Assembly (NCBI GenBank): GCA_963675525.2
Contig: CAXXSL010000005.1
Span: 1-64,000, forward strand
Length of the DNA stretch: 64,000 bases
DNA from: Anaerohalosphaeraceae bacterium
Lineage (GTDB): Bacteria > Planctomycetota > Phycisphaerae > Sedimentisphaerales > Anaerohalosphaeraceae
Direction: 5' to 3'
Shown here: piece after piece, positions 1-10,004 of the stretch
Layout of the letters: the number at the start of each line of letters is the position of its first letter
Numbering within the stretch: the stretch's first letter is position 1
Notes under the pieces: generated by a model
The model's input: only the letters and a program-made list of their open reading frames with translations
Databases searched by the model: none
What the model was told of the DNA's origin: nothing
Position numbers and translations under genes: made by a program

Positions 1-380
1 AGAGTTTGGATTGACGATGGACGAATGACGATTTACGATTGGGGTTGAATTTATCTGTTTAAACATTTACGCAGAATGCAACCGATTTCCGAATCAAGAG
101 ATGGATTCTGGATTGAAAGTGAATGCGTCCCCTGCGCTGGCGCTTCGGGCTTTTGTTTGTGGCGGTGCTACAACATGTCGCCCGCTGCGCAGAGTTTGGA
201 TTGACGATGGACGAATGACGATTTACGATTGGGGTTGAATTTATCTGTTTAAACATTTACGCAGAATGCAACCGATTTCCGAATCAAGAGATGGATTCTG
301 GATTGAAAGTGAATGCGTCCCCTGCGCTGGCGCTTCGGGCTTTTGTTTGTGGCGGTGCTACAACATGTCGCCCGCAGCGC
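1..380. repeat. 190-bp tandem direct duplication (two copies; may continue upstream of the window)
   Basis: 1-190 and 191-380 are identical except one base (t186 / a376). Each unit has four heptamers NNNACGA (11-38, 201-228) and REP-like GC motifs. Confidence 0.95.
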
Positions 381-439
381 GGGCTTTTTTCAGTTGGCAG
401 TTATCAGTGAAGTTTTTTTTGTTTTGAGAGTGTTTTATG

Positions 440-885
440 CTGCCCTTTCAGGGCGAGTAGGAGGATGGGGCTATTGCTACCCAGGGCGTTGCCCTGGGCT
501 AAGTTATTTTGCACCTTCGGTGCGAACATAAACTGCCGGCAGGATGCCGGCGGTACAGAATACGCATGCATGCCCATGTGAGCGTGGGCACGGCACCCGG
601 CTTTTGATTTTATTGCACCCACAAGCTTCGCTTGAAGGTGCCACCCGCCAGTATTCTGGAAATGATGCGTTCGGCTGCGCTTGCGTTTTCGCTGGATCCC
701 CGCCTTCGCGGGGATGACAAAGAAGGCGTGGGGATGACAAAAGCCGGCTGGAAGCCGGCGGTACGACCCTCTCCCTCCTTCGGAGCAGGAGGCCCTTGAC
801 CCCCTCGTCCCTTCGGGACACTGGCCTTGGCAGGAAATTGACCCCCTCCCTCCTTTGGAGTACTCCCCCTTGGCAGGGGGAGAGT
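440..885. repeat. Mosaic of REP-like short palindromes
   Basis: gccctttcagggc (442-454), cccagggcgttgccctggg (480-498), gcaccttcggtgc (511-523), gccggcaggatgccggcggtac (~535-556) and its variant gccggctggaagccggcggtac (~743-764), ggatccccgccttcgcggggatgac (694-718), three ccc(c)ctc..ctt(c/t)gg units (767-883). No credible ORF. Confidence 0.75.
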
Positions 886-947
886 TTTGTTTGAACCCCT
901 ATATATCCTTTAATTTGGGGTGTTTTTTCAGTATTTTGTGAAAAAGG

Positions 948-976
948 TTGAAGGATGGGGTTTGGGTGTGTATAAT
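948..976 (+). promoter_or_regulatory. Putative sigma70 promoter of carB
   Basis: TTGAAG-17 nt-TATAAT with an extended TG motif, 63 nt upstream of the carB start. Confidence 0.65.
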
Positions 977-1039
977 CACGCAAATTTTGGACATGGCGAA
1001 TTAATGGACTGTATCAACGCTTAGAAACAGGGATTTTGA

Positions 1040-4000
1040 ATGCCTAAACGTAAGGATATCAAGAAGATTCTCATCATCGGGTCGGGGCCCATTGTGATCG
1101 GTCAGGGGTGCGAGTTTGACTATTCGGGAGCCCAGGCGTGCAAGGTGCTGCGTCAGGAGGGTTATAAGGTAGTTCTGGTTAACAGTAACCCGGCGACGAT
1201 CATGACGGACCCGGAGATGGCGGACCGGACGTATATCGAGCCGATCACGCCGGAAGTGGTTGAGAAAATCATCAAAAAAGAAAAACCGGACAGCCTGCTG
1301 CCGACGCTTGGCGGCCAGACGGGGCTCAATACCGCCGTGGCACTGGCCGAAAGCGGCGTGCTGAAAAAATACAACGTGCGACTGCTGGGGGCGAACCTGC
1401 GTTCGATCAAGCGGGCCGAAGAACGCGACCGATTCAAACAGATCGTTCAGGATATCGGGCTGGAAGTGCCCCAAAGCGGGTATGCCCATTCGTGGGCCGA
1501 GGCGCAGAAGATTCTTGCGGAGATCGGTCTTCCGGCGATCATCCGGCCGTCTTATACGCTGGGCGGGATGGGCGGCAATGTCGCCTATAACAAGGAAGAG
1601 TATGAGAAATTCGTACTGTGGGGTTTGCAGTTGTCGCCCAAAAACCAGATACTGATCGAGGAGTCGGTCGTCGGCTGGAAGGAATACGAGCTGGAAGTGA
1701 TGCGGGACCGCAAGGACAACGTGGTGATCGTCTGCTCGATCGAGAACCTGGACCCGATGGGGATTCATACGGGCGACAGCATTACGGTTGCCCCGGCTCA
1801 GACACTGACGGATAAAGAATACCAGATCATGCGGGATGCATCGCTGAAGATTATCCGGGCGATCGGCGTGGAAACCGGCGGGTCGAATATCCAGTTTGCG
1901 GTGAATCCGAAGAACGGCCGGTTGTATGTGATCGAAATGAACCCGCGTGTGTCACGAAGTTCGGCATTAGCATCGAAGGCGACGGGGTTCCCGATCGCCA
2001 AGATCGCCTCATTGCTGGCGGTGGGATATACGCTGGATGAAATCCCGAATGATATTACGAAGAAGACCCCGGCGTGTTTTGAGCCGACAATTGACTACGT
2101 GGTGACGAAGTGGCCGCGGTTTACGTTTGAGAAATTTACGGCAACGCCGCCGGAACTGACGGTGCAGATGAAGTCTGTGGGCGAGGCGATGGCGATCGGT
2201 CGGACGTTTAAGGAGTCTCTGCAAAAGGCGATTCGCTCGCTGGAAATCGACCGGCATTCGCTGGACGCAAAGTATATCGATGCAACGCTGGATAAGTATC
2301 AACTTAAGGATAAGCTGCGGATCAACTGCTGGGATAAGTTGTGGTATGTCGCTGAGGCGTACCGGCGTAAGTTTACGACGGAGAAGATTTTCGAACTGAC
2401 GCATATCGACCCGTGGTTTCTGGATAACATCCGTGACATCATTCATCTTGAGGGAAAGATCAAGAAAACGTCGATGGTCAAGATGACGCAGGCATTGCTT
2501 CGGCAGATCAAGGAGTACGGATTTAGCGACAAGTACGTCGCCGAGCTGTTAGGCGTTGATGAAACGACATTCCGTGCCTATCGAAAAGACAAAGGTGTAG
2601 CGGCGGTTTACAAGATGGTGGATACGTGCGGAGCGGAGTTTGCTGCCGCGACGCCGTACCTGTACTCGACCTACGAAGACGAATGCGAAGCGAATCCGAC
2701 GACCGAGCGTAAGATCATGATTCTCGGCGGCGGACCGAACCGCATCGGGCAGGGCATCGAGTTTGACTATTGCTGTGTGCATGCGGCGTTCGCGCTGCGT
2801 GAGATCGGCGTCGAGTCGATCATGGTCAACTGTAACCCGGAGACGGTGAGTACCGACTACGATACATCGGACCGGCTGTATTTCGAGCCGTTGACGTACG
2901 AAGATGTGATGTCGATCGTAGATGTTGAAAAGCCGGATGGTGTTATTGTTCAGTTTGGCGGCCAGACCCCGCTGAAGCTTGCCAATGCATTGTGGGATGC
3001 GGGCGTGCCGATCATCGGCACCAGCCCCGACAGCATCGACCGGGCCGAGGACCGAAAGCGATTTAATAAGCTGGTCAGCAAGCTGAAACTTCAACAACCG
3101 TTCAGCGGCACCGCGCGAAGTTATGAGGAAACGCTCAAAATCGCCAAGAAGCTGGGCTATCCGTTATTGATTCGGCCGTCATTTGTATTGGGCGGGCGGG
3201 CCATGCAGATCGTTTATGACGAGAGCGCCTTGAGGGAATGTGTCGAAGAAGCGATCGAGGTTTCCGGCGAACATCCGATTTTGATCGATAAGTTTCTCGA
3301 TGATGCGACGGAACTGGATGTCGATGCCATCTGTGACGGACAGACCGTGGTTATCGGCGGTATCATGGAACACATCGAGGAAGCGGGCGTTCATTCCGGC
3401 GACAGCGCGTGCAGCCTGCCGCCGATGTCACTGGCGCCGAAGATTATCAAGGAAATTAAGCGTCAGACAAAACTGCTGGCCAAAGAACTGGATGTTCTGG
3501 GGCTGATCAATATTCAGTTTGCCGTCAAGGATAATGATATCTATATTCTCGAAGTCAATCCGCGTGCGTCGCGAACGATCCCGTTTGTGAGCAAAGCCAT
3601 TGGTGTGCCGCTGGCAAAACTGGCGGCCAAGATCATGGCGGGCAAGACGTTGAAGGAACTGGGCTTTACAAAAGAAATCGAACCGGCTCATTACGCGGTG
3701 AAAGAAGCGGTTTTTCCCTTCATGAAATTTCCGGGGGCGGATGTGATTCTTGGTCCGGAGATGCTTTCGACCGGCGAGGTCATGGGGATCAGCGATAATT
3801 TCGGCATGGCCTATGCCAAGTCGCAGGTCGCCGCCGGGACTGATTTGCCGATGAAGGGGACGGTCTTTATCAGCGTCCGCAATCAGGATAAGCAGCGTGC
3901 GGTCGAAGTCGGCAGGAAACTGCACGAGCTGGGCTTTAAGATTTTGGCAACGCGGGGGACGTGCATCAAGCTGATCGAGAACAATATTCCTTCGGAATTT

Positions 4001-4249
4001 GTACGAAAGGTTGTTGAAGGCAGGCCGAATATCGTGGACCAGATGATCGACGGCAAGGTCGACCTGATCATCAATACCACGGTCGGCGAACAGTCGATCA
4101 AGGATTCATTTGTGATCCGGCGGACCGCGCTGGACCGGCAGATTTCGTATGCGACGACGATTCGCGGGGCGGCGGCCATGGCCCAGGCCATTGAGACGCT
4201 GCAAAAACGGACGATGACTGTCAAGGCGATTCAGTTGTATTATAAATAA
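1040..4249 (+). CDS. carB: Carbamoyl-phosphate synthase large subunit
   Basis: 1069 aa; [30 protein letters not shown] start, two ATP-grasp halves ([19 protein letters not shown]), C-terminal MGS-like domain. Confidence 0.99.
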   Translation: MPKRKDIKKILIIGSGPIVIGQGCEFDYSGAQACKVLRQEGYKVVLVNSNPATIMTDPEMADRTYIEPITPEVVEKIIKKEKPDSLLPTLGGQTGLNTAVALAESGVLKKYNVRLLGANLRSIKRAEERDRFKQIVQDIGLEVPQSGYAHSWAEAQKILAEIGLPAIIRPSYTLGGMGGNVAYNKEEYEKFVLWGLQLSPKNQILIEESVVGWKEYELEVMRDRKDNVVIVCSIENLDPMGIHTGDSITVAPAQTLTDKEYQIMRDASLKIIRAIGVETGGSNIQFAVNPKNGRLYVIEMNPRVSRSSALASKATGFPIAKIASLLAVGYTLDEIPNDITKKTPACFEPTIDYVVTKWPRFTFEKFTATPPELTVQMKSVGEAMAIGRTFKESLQKAIRSLEIDRHSLDAKYIDATLDKYQLKDKLRINCWDKLWYVAEAYRRKFTTEKIFELTHIDPWFLDNIRDIIHLEGKIKKTSMVKMTQALLRQIKEYGFSDKYVAELLGVDETTFRAYRKDKGVAAVYKMVDTCGAEFAAATPYLYSTYEDECEANPTTERKIMILGGGPNRIGQGIEFDYCCVHAAFALREIGVESIMVNCNPETVSTDYDTSDRLYFEPLTYEDVMSIVDVEKPDGVIVQFGGQTPLKLANALWDAGVPIIGTSPDSIDRAEDRKRFNKLVSKLKLQQPFSGTARSYEETLKIAKKLGYPLLIRPSFVLGGRAMQIVYDESALRECVEEAIEVSGEHPILIDKFLDDATELDVDAICDGQTVVIGGIMEHIEEAGVHSGDSACSLPPMSLAPKIIKEIKRQTKLLAKELDVLGLINIQFAVKDNDIYILEVNPRASRTIPFVSKAIGVPLAKLAAKIMAGKTLKELGFTKEIEPAHYAVKEAVFPFMKFPGADVILGPEMLSTGEVMGISDNFGMAYAKSQVAAGTDLPMKGTVFISVRNQDKQRAVEVGRKLHELGFKILATRGTCIKLIENNIPSEFVRKVVEGRPNIVDQMIDGKVDLIINTTVGEQSIKDSFVIRRTALDRQISYATTIRGAAAMAQAIETLQKRTMTVKAIQLYYK

Positions 4250-4302
4250 GTATGCAGGTATACAAGGACACAAGTATACAGGACATTTAAGGGACGATAA
4301 AC

Positions 4303-5418
4303 GTGAAAGCAATTTTACTGCTGGAAGACGGAACGGTATTTAAGGGTACTTCATTCGGCGCCGAAGGAATTCGGTGCGGCGAGGTGGTGTTCAATACATC
4401 GATGACGGGCTATCAGGAGATCCTGACCGACCCGTCCTACCATGAACAGATCATCACGATGACCTATCCGATGATCGGCAACTACGGCACCAATTCGCTG
4501 GACTGGGAATCGCGGAAGCTGTTTTGTGCCGGCTTTATCGTCAAAGAGAACTGCCCATACCCGAGTAACTTTCGCGATCAGGATTTGCTGAGCGATTATC
4601 TGAAAGAAAACGGCGTGGTCGGGCTTGAGGGGATCGATACGCGAAAACTGGTCCGGCACATTCGCGAGCAGGGTGCGATGAAGGGCATCATTTCTTCGAC
4701 GGAACAGCGTCTTGGGGTGCTGAAGAAAATGCTGGATGACTATCCGGGTTTGGTGGGGCGGGACATTGTCAAACATGTTTCCGCTAAAAAACCGTACCCA
4801 TGGAAAAAAGGCGTGGTCGATGTCATCAAAAATGAAGAACTTCTGCCAAAGACGAAATACAAAGTCGTTGCGTATGATTTTGGCATTAAGCAGAACATCC
4901 TGCGGCTGCTGCGGTCGCATGGCTGCCAGGTTGAGGTTGTCCCGGCTGCAACTCCGGCTGCAAAAGTGTTGGCCAAAAAGCCGGATGGTGTCTTTCTGAG
5001 CAACGGTCCCGGCGACCCGGCTCCGGTGACCTATGCGGTTGATAACATTCAAAAGCTGCTGGGCAAGGTGCCGATCTTCGGGATTTGCCTGGGGCATCAG
5101 TTACTCTCGCTGGCGCTGGGCGGAAAAACCTACAAACTTAAATTCGGACATCGCGGGGCTAATCACCCGGTCAAAAATCTGGATACCGGCGCGATCGAGA
5201 TTACCAGTCAGAACCACGGATTCTGTGCCGACCTGGAGTCATTCAAGGGATTGGATGTGGAAATGACGCACCTGAATCTGAACGATAATACCAGCGAAGG
5301 CATCCGGTCGAAAAAGCATAAGGCGTTTTCGGTGCAGTATCATCCGGAAGCCTCGCCGGGACCGCATGATTCACAGTACTTGTTTCAGCAGTTTATCGAC
5401 ATGATGAGCGGTAAGTAA
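4303..5418 (+). CDS. carA: Carbamoyl-phosphate synthase small subunit (glutaminase)
   Basis: GEVVFNTSMTGYQEILTDPSY, SNGPGDP, GICLGHQ (catalytic Cys), QYHPE; GTG start. Confidence 0.99.
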   Translation: MKAILLLEDGTVFKGTSFGAEGIRCGEVVFNTSMTGYQEILTDPSYHEQIITMTYPMIGNYGTNSLDWESRKLFCAGFIVKENCPYPSNFRDQDLLSDYLKENGVVGLEGIDTRKLVRHIREQGAMKGIISSTEQRLGVLKKMLDDYPGLVGRDIVKHVSAKKPYPWKKGVVDVIKNEELLPKTKYKVVAYDFGIKQNILRLLRSHGCQVEVVPAATPAAKVLAKKPDGVFLSNGPGDPAPVTYAVDNIQKLLGKVPIFGICLGHQLLSLALGGKTYKLKFGHRGANHPVKNLDTGAIEITSQNHGFCADLESFKGLDVEMTHLNLNDNTSEGIRSKKHKAFSVQYHPEASPGPHDSQYLFQQFIDMMSGK

Positions 5419-5478
5419 GATCAATCCGGACATCTTGTCAAGATAATCAATAGGAGGTTTTGTGAAGGAGACAAAACA

Positions 5479-5871
5479 ATGAAGCTGTCTCGTCGCGTAA
5501 AAGTGTTGTTCATTGTTGTGCTGGTGTGTGGAGGATTATTGGGGGCGGTGTATGCCGGGGTGTATGGATGGATTCAATGGGACGCCCACAAAAAAGCCAA
5601 GACTATCTGGATGACTGATTATCCGCAAGCCGCCGATGAAATTGAGGCGCTGATCATGCGGATGCAGTTGGAGGATTGCCGGATGAAGGACCGCAACATG
5701 GCCGTCTGGGCCCTGGGTCGTCTGGCGGATGAACGGGCGTTGGAGGCTCTTAAGCAGGAATACACCGGCCGGCCCTGTGAACATGATAAATTTCTCTGTC
5801 AGTACGAGCTGCAAAAAGCCATCTGTCGCTGCGGCGGAAAAATGAAAAACACCCCAGATTGTTCTCCGTAG
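5479..5871 (+). CDS. Small membrane-anchored hypothetical protein with a HEAT/PBS-like repeat
   Basis: RBS aaggag, N-terminal hydrophobic helix, RNMAVWALGRLADERALEAL repeat-like motif. Confidence 0.75.
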   Translation: MKLSRRVKVLFIVVLVCGGLLGAVYAGVYGWIQWDAHKKAKTIWMTDYPQAADEIEALIMRMQLEDCRMKDRNMAVWALGRLADERALEALKQEYTGRPCEHDKFLCQYELQKAICRCGGKMKNTPDCSP

Positions 5872-6449
5872 AATCCATGAGCCAAAAGGATTTTTCCCAG
5901 ATTCCAGAGATCTTAACCAGCTATAATTATCAAATTACGCTATACAGGAGAGGGAAACATAAATATGGAGGCAGGAGAAATGAAATAATTTGCCTTGATC
6001 ATGCCCGGAATACTTGACTTTATTGTACGGTGGAAACTTCAGCACAGGAATGCTCCTGATCAATTGAGCTTAGAGTGAAAGTTATACTTGTCAGTCAATA
6101 TAAGTTTAATTTTTTAAACCAGTTACAAATCATATTTCAAGAGGTTAGATAAGGATCGATATTTAAGTAGACTTAAGCTCTCGTTATTTATTAAAATTGA
6201 GCGTAATAATGCATGGGTAGAAGAAAATATTTTTCAATACGAACCCGGAACGAATTTCATTCGTATAAAAATTTAAGTTTTCTCCCCTCCGGAAAAGGGG
6301 ATACGAAATGGGGGGAACCCTTGAGTGCCCCCTTTTCTTTGAGTGTCAGTGAGTGGAGACCTGTAATTATAGGTTAATTTAATCTTCATTTTCGCCGCCT
6401 GTAAGATTAGTGCGAGGGGAGAATTGGTCTCAATGCTTGCGGGCGGCAT

Positions 6450-7916
6450 TTATTTTGGGGCAGAGGGGGGTAAACCCCGGAGCCCGATTGAACTCAACCA
6501 GCCGAACAGAATACTCAACGCCATGGTCAAAAAAGTACCGATGACAATCAGCCAACTCCAGGCCAGCCCGATGATGTCATAGTGATTCAAAAACAGCAAA
6601 ACACTCATCGCGATACTGCTGAGTACCATCGCAGCGATATTGCCGCGATTGACCTTCACATCAGTCAGCAGCCCAAGCAGAAAGACGCCCAGTGTTGCCC
6701 CTCCGGTTACAGAAAAAATCTGGAACGCGAACCACAGGATGTTTTCAATCGGGCTGCACGCAAAAGCGATAATGGCTAAAATGATTCCAAAACCAACAAT
6801 CCCAGCGCGGGAGATAAAAAGATAATGCTTCTCATCGGCATTGCGGCGAATCACCGTTCGATAAATGTCTGAGACAAACGAAGACGCCAGAGAACTTAAC
6901 GGTGAATCAATACTGGCTAAAATAACCGCTGACAGCAGAAGTCCTTTGAGGCCCGCCGGCAGCGTATTGTGAATAAAATGTGACAACACTTCCTTAGCCT
7001 GTAGGGGAGCCGCGATACCCGGATTTTGACGGTAAAAAATATAAAAACCGGTGCCGATGGCCAGATACAAACACAACACAGGCAATGCCGCGGCGATGGT
7101 CATAAAGATCGTCTTTTGACTCTTTCTGCGTGTTTCCACGGTCAGCAGACGCTGCACCATCTCCTGATCCGTTCCGAACACCGCCAGCCCGATGAAAAAA
7201 GCATTTGCCGTTCCTGCCCAGAATGTCGTGGGTTGGTTCAGCTCAAACCGAAAATCAAAAAAACTGAGACGGCCCGCATCGGTGGCAATTTGCAGGGCTG
7301 ATGAAAGTGGTCCTTCGATCCGATAGATCAAATAGATCAGCAGGGCCGCACCGGCCGTAAAAAATACAATGGCCTGGTAAGCACCCGCCCAAACGACGGC
7401 TTTAATTCCCCCGAACGCAATAAACACAACACTGACTAATGTGAACAGAATGATTGTGTTTACCAACGGCCAGTCCATAATAATGGCTACCGCCATGCAA
7501 GCGGCATAAAGCCGCACACCGGATGCGATCAGGCGGGTTACGAAAAAAAAGACAGCCCCGGTGTATTGTGTTTCCGGACCGAAACGATGACGCAGGTATT
7601 CGTAGATGCTGGTGCAGTTATACGTGTAAAAAATTGGAATGAATAAAAAACAAACGACTATGCGAGCCGCTGCGGAACCGATGAAAAACTGCAGGTACTG
7701 CCAGTTTTCGCTGTACGCCGTGGCGGGAACTCCCACGATGGTCAGGGCACTAACTTCGGTGGCAACAAACGATAAACAGGCAACGATCGGAGGAATTCTT
7801 CGAGACCCCAGAAAAAAATCCTGTGTGTCATTCTCGACTCTTCCAAAAACGTAGGAAATCACAAACAGCAAAGCGACCGAGATCCCAACGATCAATAGAT
7901 CGATACCGCTTATCAT
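6450..7916 (-). CDS. Sodium:solute symporter (SSS family)
   Basis: About 13 hydrophobic segments; FFLGSR, SFVATEVSALT, GGIKAVVW, GTDQEMVQRLL motifs; overlaps the murQ stop by 4 nt. Confidence 0.92.
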   Translation of the reverse strand: MISGIDLLIVGISVALLFVISYVFGRVENDTQDFFLGSRRIPPIVACLSFVATEVSALTIVGVPATAYSENWQYLQFFIGSAAARIVVCFLFIPIFYTYNCTSIYEYLRHRFGPETQYTGAVFFFVTRLIASGVRLYAACMAVAIIMDWPLVNTIILFTLVSVVFIAFGGIKAVVWAGAYQAIVFFTAGAALLIYLIYRIEGPLSSALQIATDAGRLSFFDFRFELNQPTTFWAGTANAFFIGLAVFGTDQEMVQRLLTVETRRKSQKTIFMTIAAALPVLCLYLAIGTGFYIFYRQNPGIAAPLQAKEVLSHFIHNTLPAGLKGLLLSAVILASIDSPLSSLASSFVSDIYRTVIRRNADEKHYLFISRAGIVGFGIILAIIAFACSPIENILWFAFQIFSVTGGATLGVFLLGLLTDVKVNRGNIAAMVLSSIAMSVLLFLNHYDIIGLAWSWLIVIGTFLTMALSILFGWLSSIGLRGLPPSAPK

Positions 7917-8818
7917 AGCACATCCTTGATCGCTTCACGAAGAGCGTCGTTGTTTTGCCTCAGGGCACGTTGTGCCGTTTTTAAGTCAGCCTTCAAAAAG
8001 TGCATGGCAATGGCCGGTTTGACCTTGCCCTGGGCACGTCGCAAAAGAGCCAGTGCGCCGCGTCGATCCAGACCTGTCAATTCCATCACGATCCGGGCCG
8101 AACGATCCCTGAGTTTCTCATTGCTGGAGTTCAGGTCGACCATGAGGTTGTCATAGACTTTGCCTAACTGGATCATCGCGGCGGTTGTCAAGGTGTTCAA
8201 AACAAGTTTCGTTGCGGTACCGGCTTTCATACGGGTAGAACCGGTGACGACTTCCGGCCCGACCACCGGATTGATGATGACATCAGCAGGGATATGACCC
8301 ACCGCTTCCGGTGCACAGGTGATAAAGACTGTGCCGGTCCCGAGTCCCTGTGCATATTCCAGCGCGCCCCGGACAAAGGGTGTCATCCCGCATGCGGCTA
8401 TTCCGACCACAACATCCCGGCTGCTGATCTTTTTCTTTCGCACCGCTTCTTTGCCGTCTGCGGCGCAGTCCTCAGCCCCTTCAACCGATCGAACCAGTGC
8501 CCGCCGGCCTCCGGCGATGATTCCCTGAACCAGCGTCGGACTAACGCCAAAGGTCGGAGGGCACTCGGAGGCATCCAGTACGCCCAGTCGTCCACTGGTA
8601 CCGGCACCCACGTAAAAAAGCCGTCCTTTGTTGCGCAGATGCCGGACGATTAAGTCCACTGCCCGGGCAATGGACTTTTTTTCCTTTCCGACCGCCGGTG
8701 CCACCCGCATATCTTCGGTATTGATTACATCAACAATCTGTTCGGTCGACAACTGATCGATGTTTCGGCTGTTTTCATTTCGCTTTTCGGTCGTTAATTT
8801 GGATCGGTCATGTTTCAT
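7913..8818 (-). CDS. murQ: N-acetylmuramic acid 6-phosphate etherase
   Basis: LTTEKRN, GAGTSGRLGVLDASECPPTF, GPEVVTGSTRMKAGTATKLVLN, GKVYDNLMVD. Confidence 0.97.
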   Translation of the reverse strand: MKHDRSKLTTEKRNENSRNIDQLSTEQIVDVINTEDMRVAPAVGKEKKSIARAVDLIVRHLRNKGRLFYVGAGTSGRLGVLDASECPPTFGVSPTLVQGIIAGGRRALVRSVEGAEDCAADGKEAVRKKKISSRDVVVGIAACGMTPFVRGALEYAQGLGTGTVFITCAPEAVGHIPADVIINPVVGPEVVTGSTRMKAGTATKLVLNTLTTAAMIQLGKVYDNLMVDLNSSNEKLRDRSARIVMELTGLDRRGALALLRRAQGKVKPAIAMHFLKADLKTAQRALRQNNDALREAIKDVL

Positions 8819-10002
8819 GATACACAGACAATCTTTCCTAAAACGGTACTGCCGGCAGCGCCTGTTGCACTGGGAATATTATTGGGAATGCCTTTGATTG
8901 TTGCCCATGCAAGGATCGCGAATGACAGGGCTTCTTTCGCATCCGGATCAATACCAAAGTCATTTGTTGTCATGATTTTTACATCTTTAAGCTGCCCGCT
9001 GAGCATTTTAACAAGTGTTTTGTTACGGCATCCGCCGCCGCAAAGGATCACCTCGTCAGGCATTGAAGGCAGAAACCGGCGATAGGCCTTTGCAATGGTT
9101 GTTGCGGTAAAAGCCGTTGCGGTTGCAATCAGACCGGTATCTTGTATTTTCTTTGCTTTTGCTTTTTTGTACAACGCCCGGCAGTAATCGGAGCCGAATT
9201 CTTCACGTCCGCAGGTTTTTGGAGGATGTTTACGAAAATACGGGTGCCTGAGCATTTCACGCAATAAGGCGTCGCATACGGTTCCTTTTGCGGCAAACGC
9301 GCCATCGTGGTCATATTTTTTCTTTTGACGGCTGGTCATCGAGATCAATCCGTCAATGATCATGTTGCCCGGCCCGGTATCAAAGGCGATCATATTTTCT
9401 ACGGATGGATTGGCATCAAGCCAGGTTAGATTTGATATCCCTCCGATGTTCTGAAGGACTCTGCTTCGTTTTTTGTGTCCAAAGAGAACGAGGTCCGGGA
9501 ACGGGACCAATGGGGCTCCCTGTCCGCCGCATGCAATATCTCCCGGACGAAAATCGGCCACGGTCATGATTCCGGTTCGCTGGGCAATGACGGCCGGTTC
9601 GGCGATCTGCAGCGTAGACCGAACGCGTTTCCCCGCATAGACCGTTCCCTGTGGATTATGGCTGATCGTTTGTCCATGCGAACCGATCAAATCGATCGAA
9701 GCCAATGGTAAAGCGTTTTTCTGACAAATCTTAACAAGAGCGGCTGAAAAAAAATCCCCCAGAACAAAATTATAGTGACTGATGATGTCAGCGCCCAATG
9801 CTGCTGCATCAAATAGTTCAAAGATTGCCTTGCGGAGTTTAGCCGGATAGGGGACCATCCCGAAGACCACGAGTTTCTGACAGTGGTCATCAATATCAAC
9901 AATCGCGACATCGACACCGTCAGCGCTGGTGCCGGACATCAGTCCCGCAACACGCAACCGTTTTTGCTGATTCAATTTAGTGATCGTTTTTCCATGGCTC
10001 AT
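8815..10002 (-). CDS. anmK: Anhydro-N-acetylmuramic acid kinase
   Basis: GLMSGTSADGVD, GSHGQT, DFR..D...GGQGAPLVP, NIGGISN, FDTGPGN, AKEALSFA. Confidence 0.97.
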   Translation of the reverse strand: MSHGKTITKLNQQKRLRVAGLMSGTSADGVDVAIVDIDDHCQKLVVFGMVPYPAKLRKAIFELFDAAALGADIISHYNFVLGDFFSAALVKICQKNALPLASIDLIGSHGQTISHNPQGTVYAGKRVRSTLQIAEPAVIAQRTGIMTVADFRPGDIACGGQGAPLVPFPDLVLFGHKKRSRVLQNIGGISNLTWLDANPSVENMIAFDTGPGNMIIDGLISMTSRQKKKYDHDGAFAAKGTVCDALLREMLRHPYFRKHPPKTCGREEFGSDYCRALYKKAKAKKIQDTGLIATATAFTATTIAKAYRRFLPSMPDEVILCGGGCRNKTLVKMLSGQLKDVKIMTTNDFGIDPDAKEALSFAILAWATIKGIPNNIPSATGAAGSTVLGKIVCVS

Positions 10003-10004
10003 AC

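Noticed and set aside
1..380. Possible CRISPR array
   Set aside because: The unit is 190 bp and copied whole; there are no unique spacers and no cas genes.
59..983. Short ORFs in the repeat region
   Set aside because: They are translations of palindromes and heptamer runs.
5965..5986. Resemblance to the reverse complement of a tRNA/tmRNA 3' end (att site)
   Set aside because: The match is too short and degenerate, and no integrase or partner repeat is present.
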